A stretch of DNA of 56,208 bases, the filler included, from Sphacelaria rigidula (Eukaryota), in NCBI GenBank assembly GCA_964200075.2. It is 7 parts of 7 records of this genome, joined end to end, with 100 filler letters (N's around TTAATTAATTAA, not from the genome) between each part and the next. Parts side by side here need not be neighbours in the genome. Positions count along the whole stretch, not along the records: positions 8,046 to 15,990 come from CAXNAA020012892.1; positions 16,091 to 24,034 come from CAXNAA020012893.1; 5 more parts are not named here. The stretch is one strand, 5' to 3'. The stretch's first letter is position 1; every line of letters begins with the position of its first letter. The notes under the pieces were generated by a model. That model saw only the letters and a program-made list of their open reading frames with translations. It was not told where the DNA came from and ran no database searches. Shown here piece after piece: positions 11,921-24,134 of the stretch. The position numbers and the translations under genes were made by a program.

Positions 11921-12761
11921 CGAAGAGTTGGTGCGGATGCGAAAGTTTTTCCCTTTTTCGGCTTGTCATCTACACAGAAAAGCGCGATCTTCGGTTTTGG
12001 TAATGCGCTGTTTTGGAAGTTGTCCTTTGAAAATTGGTGTGAAGGATCGCAAGGGAGTGGTGGAAAACAACATCGGCACCGAAATTTTTGTTTTTTCGTG
12101 AGTTGGGGATGTTCTTTATCGTAAAATATGAATAATGTTTTTCGCCTCAATCATAGGACAAAACAAATCTTCAAGTCTTGTAGATGTTTCATGTATTACG
12201 CCCTTGCGATTTTCCACACCAATCTTCAAAATTCCCAAGCCTGAGCTGCTAAACTGCTTGCGACCTGCACATCCGTTTCCGGGCTGGCCCAGCTCGTAGC
12301 CTAGCTCGCTCCAAACAGCATCGGTATGTAAGAGGAGTATACCCGCAGTATCGTAAGGCAACAGCATCCGCACGCTATAGTATTTCTAGTATGCATACGA
12401 TGCAGGTTTGTCATGTACCGATCATAAAAAGAAGCCGTGATTTTGATTATGTACGTATCGCATGCACACAGCCCCCGTAGATCATGTACCACAGGACAGC
12501 AGCAGCAGCAGGACAAGAACGAGCCATGCTGACGATAGCGGGGTGTGCATGCTTGCTTCCATGAAAAAGAGGTCACACGTGTGTCAGATGAGCTGACACA
12601 CTCGCAGTGCGCTTGTTTTTGGGTTAAAACGATGTCAGTCAGGATGGAGGAGCCCCATGTATCGGTAAGAAGCGCGTTTGAACTACCGTTGTTGCTTTCA
12701 ACGACGATTTGAAGTGGAGCTTTGTGGACGCGAAATGGCCCAAACTACCCCCCCTCCCTAT

Positions 12762-14176
12762 CGAGGGGAGCAGGATTCTTAGTCAAGGAATACGTACACG
12801 AAGTCATGGAAATGGTCAAACGCACGGATTCCGACGAGAGCATATGGATGAGGGTACCAGGAGAGCGGGGAACGAAGGATTTCTTCCTAGAGAACATCTA
12901 TATGCCCCCAGAATCGAAGAGTAGGGCAAACGATATACAGCGGAGGTTTTGGAGAAATATCAGCAGATCTACAAACGTATCAAAGGCAAGGAGAAGTAAT
13001 ATCAGTGGGAGATTTGAATGCAAGAGTTGGAAAAGCAGGTCAACCGGATAATATCATTGGGTCAATACGGGAAAGATGCGAAGAGCACATATGGGGTAGA
13101 AATGCTGAAGTTTCTCGAGAGTAACGAGATGAAGACGCTGAACGATGGAGCACAAAAGTCAGAGGCACAATGGACATGGACTAGAAAATGCAAAGACGAG
13201 AGAGAACGCTCCGTTCTTGACTATACAGCGGTAGAGCACGGGAATAGTAAGGAAATGGAAGTGCGTGTATGTGCAGCGGACGTGGGAACTACATATCATC
13301 GCCTAATATGGACAGAAAGTCATCGGACGAACGCTAAAGAAATAGACGGGGTAGGAAGTTGCACAAATGGAGAATAGATTGACTAGAAATGGAAGAAAAA
13401 CAGCAAGAGCTCCAAGAGATGACCAAAATGCAGCAACCATTTCCGAGCTATTGGAGTGCGTAGGAACAGTTGATAGCGAAATGGAAAGGGGTCGGGCAGG
13501 AGCAAAGATTATAGAAGGACGGGGGCAGGTGGTCAAGCACACAGCGAGTAAAGTCATAAATTAGGGAAGAAACTGATCGTACACAACAGCAGCAAAATGG
13601 TGGGATGAGGAAGTAAAAGAGGCTATAAGAATAAGGAGATAGGCCCACGCAAGATACATATCGAGTGAAAGTACGGCAGGACGGGAGGAGTATACTAGTG
13701 CTCCAAAGGAAGTGAAAAATATGACGGAGAAGAAAAAAAAGGGATCATGAGAAGGTGGTGATTTTTTTTTTTGAGAATTTCGATGGCGGGATGAAACAAA
13801 TGTGGGCAGGGATAAAAGAGATGATGAGAAACCAGGCAGGAAAGATTGGACAACGGGATGGCCGCACTACGGACACAGAACGGTAAAATGGTTAGTAGTG
13901 CGAAGGAGAAGAGAGGAGTGCTAGTCGAGCACTATCGTAAACCAGGAACGCCAGAGGCTAACAACGAGTTCTACACGGACTTCAAGAAATAAATTTACGC
14001 TCAACGCATGGGCAGAGGCAACTGTAGAGGCGTCAAAACGGGAGGATAGTGGCTCCAAAGAACTGCAGACAGAGTTTACCAGAGACGAAGTAAAGGAGGG
14101 CGTAGCTAAACTCAAGAACAGAAAGGCAGCAGGGGCAGGCGAGCTAGTGACCAATGAAAAAACAAAAATACTATAG

Positions 14177-14218
<42 letters not shown>

Positions 14219-15250
14219 AGTAGTAGCAACAGCACACAAACTGCAAAAACAAGGTGTTCAACCGCGGCTCACTCATTCCATCCATCAATCGGGCAAAAAT
14301 TATCACGCATCAGAAATATGGTGGGGAATGAACACGTGAGTTTTTAAAGTACGCGGGAGGAGGAATTATTACCATGATGGTTATGCTGTACAACTGGATC
14401 TGGAGTGTACTCGACCAAAAAGAGGTCGAAAGAAGGAGTAGTCGTCAACCTTTTCAGGAAAGGAGACAAGGGTGATCCAGAAAATCATAGAAGAGTAACG
14501 CTACCGAGCACGGCAGGGAAAACTTTCTGTAAGATTCTGAATGATGGAGTAGGAACGACGATAGAAAAAGAAGAGAAAATCAGTGAGGGATAAGCAGGTT
14601 TTAGACCAAACCGTAGTTGTGTAGACCATGTGTACACATTAGGTAAACTTATTCGAGGCAGGCAAGATGCTGGGCAGACGACGTACTGTTTCTTTCTGGA
14701 CACACTAGAGGCCTATGGCACAGTATGGAGAAATGGGTTGTGAAAAAAGTTATGGAAGACGAGGATCAGAGGAAAGATGTGGAAAATGATGAAGAAGATG
14801 ACGGAAGGTGCCAAAAGCTATGATACTAGACGGAGAAATACCGAAATATTTTTATATCTTACAAGGACTTGCACAAGGATGTACGCTATCACCCACTTTA
14901 TTCAAGTTTTCAATAATGACTTGACAAGAAAATAGAAGCAGCAAAGCAAGGGGTTGAGGTGGGTGAAGATATGGTATCAGGATTGATGTTCGCGGATGAT
15001 TATGTGGGGATTTCAGAAACAGCAGAAATATTGCAGAAACAGACAGACAAAGCGATAGAATACACTAGGAAGCGGGGTGCGGCGAACTTTAATAAATGCG
15101 CGGTACTCATTTGTAACGAAGATAAGAAAAATCCGGTAGAGTTCAAGTGGAATTGGGGAGGAGAGGAATTGCCGATCGTAGACCAGTATACACACCTTGG
15201 CGTAGAGATCTCAAAAAACTGTTCTTGGGATGCATACATGAACAAAGTAA
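12762..15250 (+). mobile_element. Degraded APE-type non-LTR retrotransposon (family A), endonuclease plus RT, many stops and frameshifts
   Basis: EN motifs GAGFLV, IYMPPES, GDLNARV-like, TWT..SVLDY. RT motifs LFRKGDK.DP.N.R.VTL, AGFRPNRSC.D, G.AQGC.LSP.LF, LMFADD, YTHLG. It is colinear with 50197-51600, and a C-run (12748-12758) lies at the 5' junction. Confidence 0.9.
14178..14219. repeat. (ACAACG)n microsatellite inside a ~185-bp insertion (~14150-14336) that interrupts the LINE
   Basis: Hexamer repeat seen directly. The flanking LINE sequence is contiguous in the 50650-50700 copy. Confidence 0.85.
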
Positions 15251-15889
15251 TTCCATTTTTCAAATTGGTTGTTGTCTCAGGCCATTACAGATTCGGCATT
15301 GGATTTCTGTGACATAAAACTGTCTCGTTTTTTCAGAACACTTTTGAAGAAACAAGCAAAACTTAAAAAAAACAAGCGGAACTTTTCAAAAAACTGCCCA
15401 AAACGTGAAGGGTACTACACTGAACGCAACACAATTCTGCAGTGTTTTTTAGAACTTGAACACGCACTGTATACAGTATGCATTAACTAGTATACATCAG
15501 CTTCAGAACCTGAACACGGACTGTATACAGTATGCATCAGCTTCCCTTGTTGCGAAATTAATAGTGTCCAGCTGCTGTTGCTGTACTACTACGGAAGCAC
15601 ACGCCCTCGAGGTGCCACCCCACGTTTACCGTCATTGCGAACATATAACAGGACAAGAACATGAACTGCAGCGGTCGTGGCCGCCACACATCAACGTTAC
15701 TGCAGTGAAACGTGTGCCTGAACCGACACCACTACACTTTTGGCGTTTCTTCTTGTTGGCGACAACTTGGGCATCCGATTTTGTGGCAGGGTCCACCGAC
15801 TGAGCTGCGTGTTGGGGTGGGCGATCGCTGTTCACCTGCATCGGAATTTCCTCTTGTTTTTTCTATCGCTTAACCGTTTCACTGCAGTA

Positions 15890-15943
15890 ACGTTGCTTGC
15901 CTTAGTCGTTTGACCACTGACCACGCATCCCTTTCGAGACGGA
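15890..15943 (-). mobile_element. Family A LINE 3' fragment with a C-run at its 5' junction
   Basis: Reverse complement: (C)n TCCGTCTCGAAAGGGATGCGTGGTCAGTGGTCAAACGACTAAGGCAAGCAAC. Confidence 0.8.
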
Positions 15944-16315
15944 GGGGGGGGGGGGGGGAGGAAGCCCTCTATTGCCGCCCTGGGAGTCATNNNNNNNNNN
16001 NNNNNNNNNNNNNNNNNNNNNNNNNNNNNNNNNNTTAATTAATTAANNNNNNNNNNNNNNNNNNNNNNNNNNNNNNNNNNNNNNNNNNNNATGCCCCCCA
16101 GGCGTAAAAATGCTTTGTGCGGTATCTCACCAACCAAACCGCCGAATTCCTCGAATGGGGTACTATATGGTACCTGCATGCACAGCACGTGTGCTCAGGC
16201 AAAAAAAAGAAACAGATTGACTGTTAGGAACGCCGGAGCATCCACTCTGAATCTGAAATTTCCCTTTGAATCTCACGAATATAGTGCTGTCATAAGGAGC
16301 GGCCAGCACACAATA

Positions 16316-16769
16316 TATAAACAACTGATCGGAATTGAGGATGGAGCTTTTCATTGAGGGTGAGAACCCGGAAGATTAAATCTTCGTATCCACACCGAAC
16401 TAAATCTTCCAAAGATGGTTCCATTCCTCCACCTACTGGTAGCTATTGACACGAAATACACGACATATAAATTTCGATTTAGATAACTGAAATATTGGGG
16501 TCCTAGCTGAATAACCAATTTCGAGGGATTTCGGCGATCTGATCGGATCACCCAAAGTCCCTCCATTTTTTTCATCTAGGACCCCAATATTTCGGTTATT
16601 CAGATCCAAATGTATGGCGTGTAGCAGTTGTCGACAGCTACCAGTAGATGATGGAGTGGTTTACCATACTCCGAAGATTTGATGTGGATATGAAGATTTG
16701 AATTCTCCGGGTTCTCATCCTCAATGACAAGCTCCATCCATCCTCAATTTGGATGATCGGCTGTCTATA
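16316..16769. mobile_element. Palindromic (foldback) MITE with ~190-bp imperfect arms
   Basis: ATTGAGGATGGAGCTT..CATTGAGG.TGAGAACCCGG ... AAATATTGGGGTCCTAG is mirrored by CTAGGACCCCAATATTT ... CCGGGTTCTCATCCTCAATG..AAGCTCCATCC. TATA lies at both ends. Confidence 0.8.
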
Positions 16770-17936
16770 GCGCCTCACTGTAATGCGCGAGAGGACCGCG
16801 CGCTTGGTATCGTGGTTCAGAACATCTCAGGATCGACGTTTAGACAAAGCAATCGGACCAGCCCCTGCAGGGACCACGCCCTGACTCTAACCCCAACACT
16901 AACCCTAGCCATAACCCTAGCCATACAGATGTTCAAACTCCGATGCGTTCTTCAAAGCATGCGGTCCTTTCCGCATTACACCGTTCCTTGAGTACCACGT
17001 TAATGAGAAGTTGTACGCGCGTGCATGCCATTTTTTCTTCAAATTGCTGGGGGTCGCGCCCCACAGCAGCACCAATACACTTGATGATGACACGTCTAGT
17101 AGACCCTCCCATGACTTCGCGAGTGCGTCGGTTTCGACAGCACCAAGTCGACTGCCTCGTCTGTTCAAAGCGTAATTCTAGCGGCTGGTCACCTGCGCAC
17201 TGCACTGTGTGCAAGTGCCTCACCCTCTCTGGCATGTGAGGTATTCCGCATACGATCTGTTGCAAGAACCCGGACATACCGCAATGAAGACCTAGGACAG
17301 TGGTCCATGAGCATTCAGGCAAAACCGGGGTCAAAACACTTTGTCTCCCCCGCGGCCATGTCAATAGGCATCCTTAGTATCAAGACCTGTGCGGGAGTAG
17401 TTCTTGCTACAGACACACGATAGCGACCTGCTGTTTATTATTTTTATCTTATTGAAGTTTAGCATCAACAACGGCAGTTACTGCACACCAATTTATGGCC
17501 GGAGTGAAGACAAGCATCAACGAAGATGATGATTCGAGTCGCCGTCAGCGTGATTGCCCTCGTAAACGAACACTCACACGACTTGCTGGTTGCTTGGCGT
17601 AAACATATTCCAGTACACCAGTGCACGTGACACTGAGAATGGTGTTCCTATATTTTCATCCCTTGAACGTCTGTGGCTTCAACAAAAAAAGTACATAACG
17701 GAAGACTTCACAGGTGACACAAAATCAAGGTCCTGCAGTTAAATGATAGGCGTGGCTCTCACGGGGTACTTTGGGTGGACGGAAGGATGAATTGAAGAGA
17801 AATACAACCACGTAACCCGGAATATTTTGTCTTCAACGAGAGGACGGGGAAGGGGCACGTACACTCCAATGTACTGTATCTAAAATGCTATGTCCTTGCC
17901 GCAACCATTATTGCATTTGTCGTTCGGCGCCGGCAG

Positions 17937-20900
17937 GGTTTTACTATCGACGGACACGTCGGTGAAGAAGAGGTTCGCGAATCATTCATCGACAAATGTG
18001 TGTACGTCGAGGGCTCTGGCGCGCCGACCAGTCTACAGTACCAAGGGCACGATGTGACCAGCTCTCTGATTGGTTTCGTCATGAATGACCTGTCGATCAA
18101 GAACTGCGGGTAAGCATTCACTCTATCCTTAAACATCGATGTTTGGTAAGTAAACTCGTCGCATAGAACTGGTATAGTCAAACTGCTGCGTATGCAAATC
18201 GCCGCAAAAACAGGAACTGTTTGTCGTCAGCTTCATGGTGATTGTAACTTGCATACCTCACCGGAAAATCAGAAAGACCGTCGCACCGCGTCAAACAGTC
18301 GATCAATAGAGTAGCTATGTGTGTTTCGTGCTTTGGAGTCATTCATCGGTACGACAACGGAGGCGGGGCGGGAATGGTTGCACCACAGCAGCCGTTTTGA
18401 GACCGCACTTACTTGATGAAAAGCACCGTAATCAAGATGACCGCTATGCAGATACTTAGCGCGAGATACCCTTCCCTCCGCGAAAGGTCACGTACACAAG
18501 CGTGTTTCCCGCGCCTCTACCGTGAGTCCACTCATTGCATATAGTAAAGCAAGTAACGCGTGCTTCTCAAAGCGCCGTCAGTGCCACCACTACAGCTATG
18601 CACGAAACTAACCACTTGATGTCGTTGCCACTTGTTGTTGCGACAATGAACGACTTCTCGCAGAGGCGAGTGCGTGCGTCTGAAGAACTTTGTAACCAAC
18701 GCGGAGCTCACGGATAACGTGATTGAGTACTGTGGCGTGTACGACTTCCGTTTTGACTTGGATGGCGGAAAAAACGGCGAAGCCATATACGTCGGGACTT
18801 CGAGTACCCAGTGGACCGACGGTCCTGACGGTAGCAACTTCAACATCATCAGCCGTAACGTGATGTCGCCCCACGGTAACGAGTGCATCGACGTCAAAGA
18901 GAGCGCCACGGGTAACATCATTGAAGACAATGACTGCGCAGATCAAATGGATTATGATTCCGGGTGCTATGGCTCAAGAGGCAGTGGAAACGTGTTCAGG
19001 TGAATGCCGGAGACTTGCATTCTGCGTCGTGTACCGCATTGTGTATGTTGTGCTGAAACATATATTGTAGAAGTACATGATACACCTAGTAGTGCTGCGA
19101 TCGCTTCCGCTTGCACGTGTTGTGTAACGAGCGGGTGCGCGACTTTTTCAGTATTGAAATTGCAGGTCTTGGCCCTCGAACGCTCTCAATGATCTTGGTT
19201 CTTATACCGTAGCATCCTCTTCCTCAAAACGCTTGAAATATTTACCTCGCTTTTTCCCTCAACGCTCTGAGGCAACCCCGGTGTGCGGTAGTATTTGTCC
19301 AACGTTATGTTTTGTCACACTACGTGTTTGTTCATTCAGGCGCAACCGCGGCAGCAACTGCGCAGGGGCAGGGATTCGTCTGGGAGGGTGGACGGTGGAT
19401 GGAGTGACCTATGGTCGAGATAACGAGGTGAGAAACTCGTCTGAGGTTGGCGGTTGATATACACTTCTCCTGTGGGCGGGAAAAGAGAGTATTATTGGGC
19501 ATCCCTAATTCGGTACACGAACCAACGAGAAGCGGAAAAGTCTCACAAGGAATACGAGTTCGTGAGACGACGCCTTGAGCCACTGGACAACTGTGCAGGG
19601 TAGTTGAGACCTTTGACTTCCAGACCCTGCATGCTGCATCGTTTGTTGCCTCTGTTCATGACGTCAACGCTCGACACTAGGACGCGACGCCGGCCAAACG
19701 TCTCCTTTCATTGCTTCGCTGATACCCGCCGTTTGAAAGGCCAAGTCATACAAGGGGGGTGTACTCATGATCATGCATGCCATAATCATAAGACAAGTCA
19801 TACAAGGGGGGCAGGAATGCACGGCACCACACACTCACGCACTTGCTTCATTACCCGTGCAGGTGTACGACAATGAGTTCGATACCACGGGCAGAGGAGC
19901 CATCAACGCCCAGGAGACTCCTCAGGGACTGATTTGCGGGAACAAATGCGATGAAGGAACGGGGCTCTGTGGTATTTATGGGTGAGCTTGGTTACTCGTG
20001 TGTTTCAATGTGCGGGCATTTGCTATCGCACGTGATCATTGGCGTCAGTCGTCGTATTTGTACCCCCCCCGTAAATGGCGAGCCTGGTCCGGCGAAAACC
20101 CGGCGTGCTCCGTCCCGGCTTTGTAGGGATGCGAGGTCAATGGTCTGATGACTATGGCATGCATGATCATGAGTACACCCCCCGTAAATGGTTCCGCCCT
20201 ATAAGCCGCTATTATTGCCCGTAGTAGCCACCGTTGGTGTGTCGATGTCACGCACCGATGCTCGAGCGGCTCGCTTTTGTCCCCCCCCCCGCCGCTCCTC
20301 TTCACGTCATGAAGGAATATCAGACAAAAAGCTGACAAAAGCGGATCCGAAATTACCGTTTAGTGTCGTCGGGCTGAAGGTATTGTGCGCGGGTTTTCTT
20401 ATGATGCATTTTTTTTAACGCGTGCTTCCCCGCCGTGTTACCTCCCTCGCTCCAACGCTTTTGGAACATTCAGAGTTGATGACCTTGACGTTATCGCCGA
20501 AGGGTGGAATCAACCCTGCCCTGATTCCCTTCCAGAAGTGCCTTTTATAGATGACACGGCGACCACTTCGTCGACACAGGACGGGGATGGTACCGGTATG
20601 ACCACATCGTCCATACAACAAAAGCCGGCAGTAACGACGCAAGAAGATGATGAGGAAGACGACACAAGCACCTCATCCACCAGCAGTACGCAAGAAGGGC
20701 AGTCAACATCAGCAGAAGAAGATGATGACCGTGATGAGGCCACCAGCAGCAGCAGCACCTATTCACAAGAAAATCCAACATCTACCACGTCGGCACAGGA
20801 GGGGGGTGAAGGGGTTGAAGATAGCGACGATACCAGCGCCCCATTTACACCAGCGCCCGTCGCATCTCCTGCACCAGAACGCACGACAACAGATCAGGAG

Positions 20901-22316
20901 GGTAATGGACAAGACGATTTCGATAGTTCATCCACACAATCGTCCTCAGCACCAGAGGAGGATGATGAAAACAATGAAGTGAATGAAGCCGATGATGATG
21001 ATGAAGACGAAGAAGACGAAAGTGAAGACGAAGAAAATCACGACTTCACCGTTTTGCCTACACCAGCACCAACTGCAGCTTCGACAGTACTACCAACTGC
21101 AGCTTACTCACCAGCACCAACTCCAGCTTCTACACCAGCGCCAAACACAGCAGCAGAAGAGTACCTGGAGCAAGGTGATAACACTACATCCTCTTCGCAA
21201 CAAGCGTCCACAGGGACAGAGAGAGAGGATGGAGACAATGAAGAAGGCGAGAAAGAAGGCGACGAAGAAGGCGATGAAGAAGGCGATGAAGACGAAGACG
21301 ACGACGACGAAGACGAAGGAAATAACGGCAGCATCCTTTTGTTTACACCAGCGCCAACCACAGCAACAGAAGAGTACGGCGAGCAAGGCCACACCACTAC
21401 ATCCTCTTCACAACAACAAGCATCTACAGCAACAACAGAGAGAGAGGATGAAGGCAATGAGGAAGGCGACGAAGAAGGCGATGAAGACGAAGACGACGAC
21501 GACGAAGACGGAGGAGATAACGGCAGCACCCTTTTGTTTACACCAGCGCCAACCACAGCAACAGAAGAGTACGGCGAGCAAGGCCACACCACTACATCCT
21601 CTTCACAACAACAAGCGTCTACAGCAACAACAGAGAGAGAGGATGAAGGCAATGAGGAAGGCGATGAAGAAGGCGATGATGAAGGCGAAGAAGGCAATGA
21701 AGAAGGCAATGAAGAAGGCGATGAAGAAGGCGATGAAGAAGGCGATGAAGAAGGCGATGAAGACGAAGACGACGAAGACGAAGACGGAAACGAAGGAGAT
21801 AACGGCAGCACCCTTTTGTTTACACCAGCGCCAACCACAGCAACAGAAGAGTACGGCGAGCAAGGTGACACCACTACATCCTCTTCACAACAACAAGCGT
21901 CTACAGCAACAGAGAGAGAGGATGAAGGCAATGAGGACGGCGATGAAGAAGGCGATGATGAAGGCGAAGAAGGCGATGGAGAAGGCGATGATGAAGGCGA
22001 TGGAGAAGGCGATGAAGACGAAAACGAAGGAGATGACGGCAACACCCTATTGTTTACACCAGCGCCAGCCACGGCATCAGAAGAGTATGGTGGGCAAGGT
22101 GATGCTACTACATCCTCTTCACAACAAGCATCTTCAGCGAATGAAGGGGATCACGAAGACAATGAAGAAGACGATGAAGACGATAGCATCGCCGTGTCAT
22201 CTACGGAGAACCGACTTACAACAACGTTTGAGGAATATGACCAAGGTGGCAATGGCGATGACGATGAAGATGGTGATAGTAGCCATAATAAGGGTAAAAA
22301 CGACCGTGACGACTAG
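17937..22316 (+). CDS. Right-handed parallel beta-helix (pectin lyase-like fold) protein with a long acidic S/T/E/D/P repeat C-terminus, 5'-partial; exons 17937-18109, 18664-18999, 19340-19427, 19863-19981, 20474-22316
   Basis: All four introns are GT-AG and phase-consistent (2,2,0,2). The spliced protein GFTIDG..DKCVYV..IKNCG|GECVRLKNFVTNAE..DNVIEYCGVYDF..GGKNGEAIYVGTS..GNECIDVKE..GNIIEDNDC..SRGSGNVFR|RN..AGAGIRLGG..DNE|VYDN has PbH1-type Asn-rich coils. Confidence 0.85.
19760..19793 (-). mobile_element. 34-bp 3' tip of non-LTR family B with a perfect 18-bp TSD
   Basis: CAAGTCATACAAGGGGGG at 19742-19759 and 19794-19811. The insert on the minus strand ends GCATGATCATGAGTACA. Confidence 0.9.
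20079..20177 (+). mobile_element. 99-bp 3' end of non-LTR family B with a 14-bp TSD
   Basis: CCCCCCGTAAATGG at 20065-20078 and 20178-20191. The insert ends GATCATGAGTACA. Confidence 0.9.
21130..22150 (+). repeat. Coding tandem repeat, ~5 units of (LLF)TPAPTTATEEYGEQG-TTSSSQQQAST-(EEGD)n
   Basis: The unit recurs at about 21130, 21340, 21530, 21810 and 22050, with variable 12-bp GAAGAAGGCGAT arrays. Confidence 0.9.
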
Positions 22317-23357
22317 TGTGCGGAACAATTACCGCGAGCATATACTTTGACACACCATCCTTCCTCGAGATCCCAATTACTCTGGCGTTGGGTGTTCTGT
22401 ACAAACAAGTGTGCCCTTGGGGTGACCTCTCGGTAGGGTGGGGGTTGGGTGGGCGGAAAACTACCGAACAGGCTACTATTAACACACCGCGGACACTCCT
22501 CGTGAGTGTATGAATGCGATAGGTGAAGAAGCTTTGAGCGAGTGATTTACGCCTGTGTAGTACCGTGTGTATTGCGATAGTTGGAACGAAATTATCTGTG
22601 ACCTTGGGCAACGCCTCGAAGTAGTTCTTTCGCGGATGACAGTGTTCCGTGATGAACATATATCCCATTCTACCATGAACTGGCATTTCGCCTGGGAAAT
22701 CTGGCACGCACGTGCGGCATGGATATTTTTACTCTCAGATTTTTGTAAGCATATGTTCCGCCGCTACTACGGCCTGGTAGAAGGTATGGAGTACATATTG
22801 TAAATTCACACTCGTTGAATTACTTTGATACAGCGCGTGCTTATATTGATGATATGCGATGATCTTCGAGAATTAAAGGGGGGGGAGGGTCGGAAGGGGG
22901 GCGGGGTGAGGGCTCCGTCTTATCGTCGGGACATGACGCCCTGAGGCTTGCCCAGTGTGTGGTCGGGAAAAGTGGTCTTCTCAAATAGCGCAAGTGCTTG
23001 TGATATGAAACAATTAAACCAGGGCGGCAGGGTAGCGAAATTGGTGTGCTTCTGATTCTCTGCTGTGGTAAGCATGTGCAGATATAGATAGCTACGAAAA
23101 GGATAGGTGGTAGTATTCGGGGGACGAAGAGATAAAAATTGACAGGGGGTATCCCCATGCGGCAGGAGTCAGTTTGGGCTACGATGGAAAAAATGGACAC
23201 TCTGGTCCGAAGGGGACAGAAGTGAGGAGTATGGAAGGGGTTTCGAGACGGGTGATCCCCACCTTCGTGCGTTGTAGTGGTGGTAATCGCACTGACCGAG
23301 GCGACCTAAAGCTGCGACGTGTGAGTAGGATTGATCTTCTCGTGGTATATAATGGTA

Positions 23358-23540
23358 TGTCTCATGTGCACGTTGTTTGTGTTGTGGTGTCTAGTGTGTA
23401 TTTTGAAAGGTGAAAGGGTCTCATGTGCACGTTGGTGTTGTGATGTCTCGTGTGCATATTGGAAGGTGGAAATGTCTCATGTGTACGTTGGTGTTGTGGT
23501 GTCTCATGTGCATATTGAAAGGTGAAAGGGACTCGTGTGG
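23358..23540. repeat. ~55-bp minisatellite, about 3 copies
   Basis: TCTCATGTG(C/T)ACGTTG..GTGTTGTG.TGTCT..TGTG.AT.TTG.AAGGTG.AA is repeated. Confidence 0.8.
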
Positions 23541-24134
23541 TGTGGTGTGTCCGTCTACGTTTTGTGTTCTCGTCCTGACGTGGTTGCCATGTTGTCGTGT
23601 GCGATATTTCCTTGAATGCGCAGCTATAGCGGATATTCGTCTGATACCGATATAGTCCTGTTGTTGCTGCCGAGGTGCAACTCAGTTCTTCATAGACGTT
23701 TAAAAGTCACGTGGTGGAGTTACCGGGTCAATCACAGAATCCTCCGTAGTGTCCGTTCTTTAACATGGTGGTGGTTTGCTTGCTTGTCACGCACGACGAT
23801 CTTCGTTCATGGACACTTGGAGGTCGTCAGAAAGTCCCTCCTGCTGTTTTCCTGTTGCGATGAGAAACAGGAGTGATCAGGTATGGAATGTTTCACGCAG
23901 AAAAGCAATGTGAATAGAAAATATTGCCGGGGATTTTGAATGCATGGGGGAAAATTGGCGCTCCTGAGTGATGCTGCGATAGGGTCTGCGCTTTTGCGGC
24001 CTGAGAGGAAATCGGGATTTAGGCATGTCGAATCNNNNNNNNNNNNNNNNNNNNNNNNNNNNNNNNNNNNNNNNNNNNTTAATTAATTAANNNNNNNNNN
24101 NNNNNNNNNNNNNNNNNNNNNNNNNNNNNNNNNN

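Noticed and set aside
16880-16925. Telomere-like (TAACCC) repeats
   Set aside because: Few, degenerate and internal, so not a chromosome end.
20983-22350. 455-aa ORF with (KKAM)n repeats resembling histone H1-like or DVNP-like basic proteins
   Set aside because: It is the shifted-frame shadow of the EEGD repeat. Splice phase at 20474 selects the acidic frame. The S/P-rich antisense ORF 21104-22072 is rejected for the same reason.
23358-23540. CRISPR-like array
   Set aside because: It is a contiguous minisatellite with no unique spacers, no cas genes, and a eukaryotic context.
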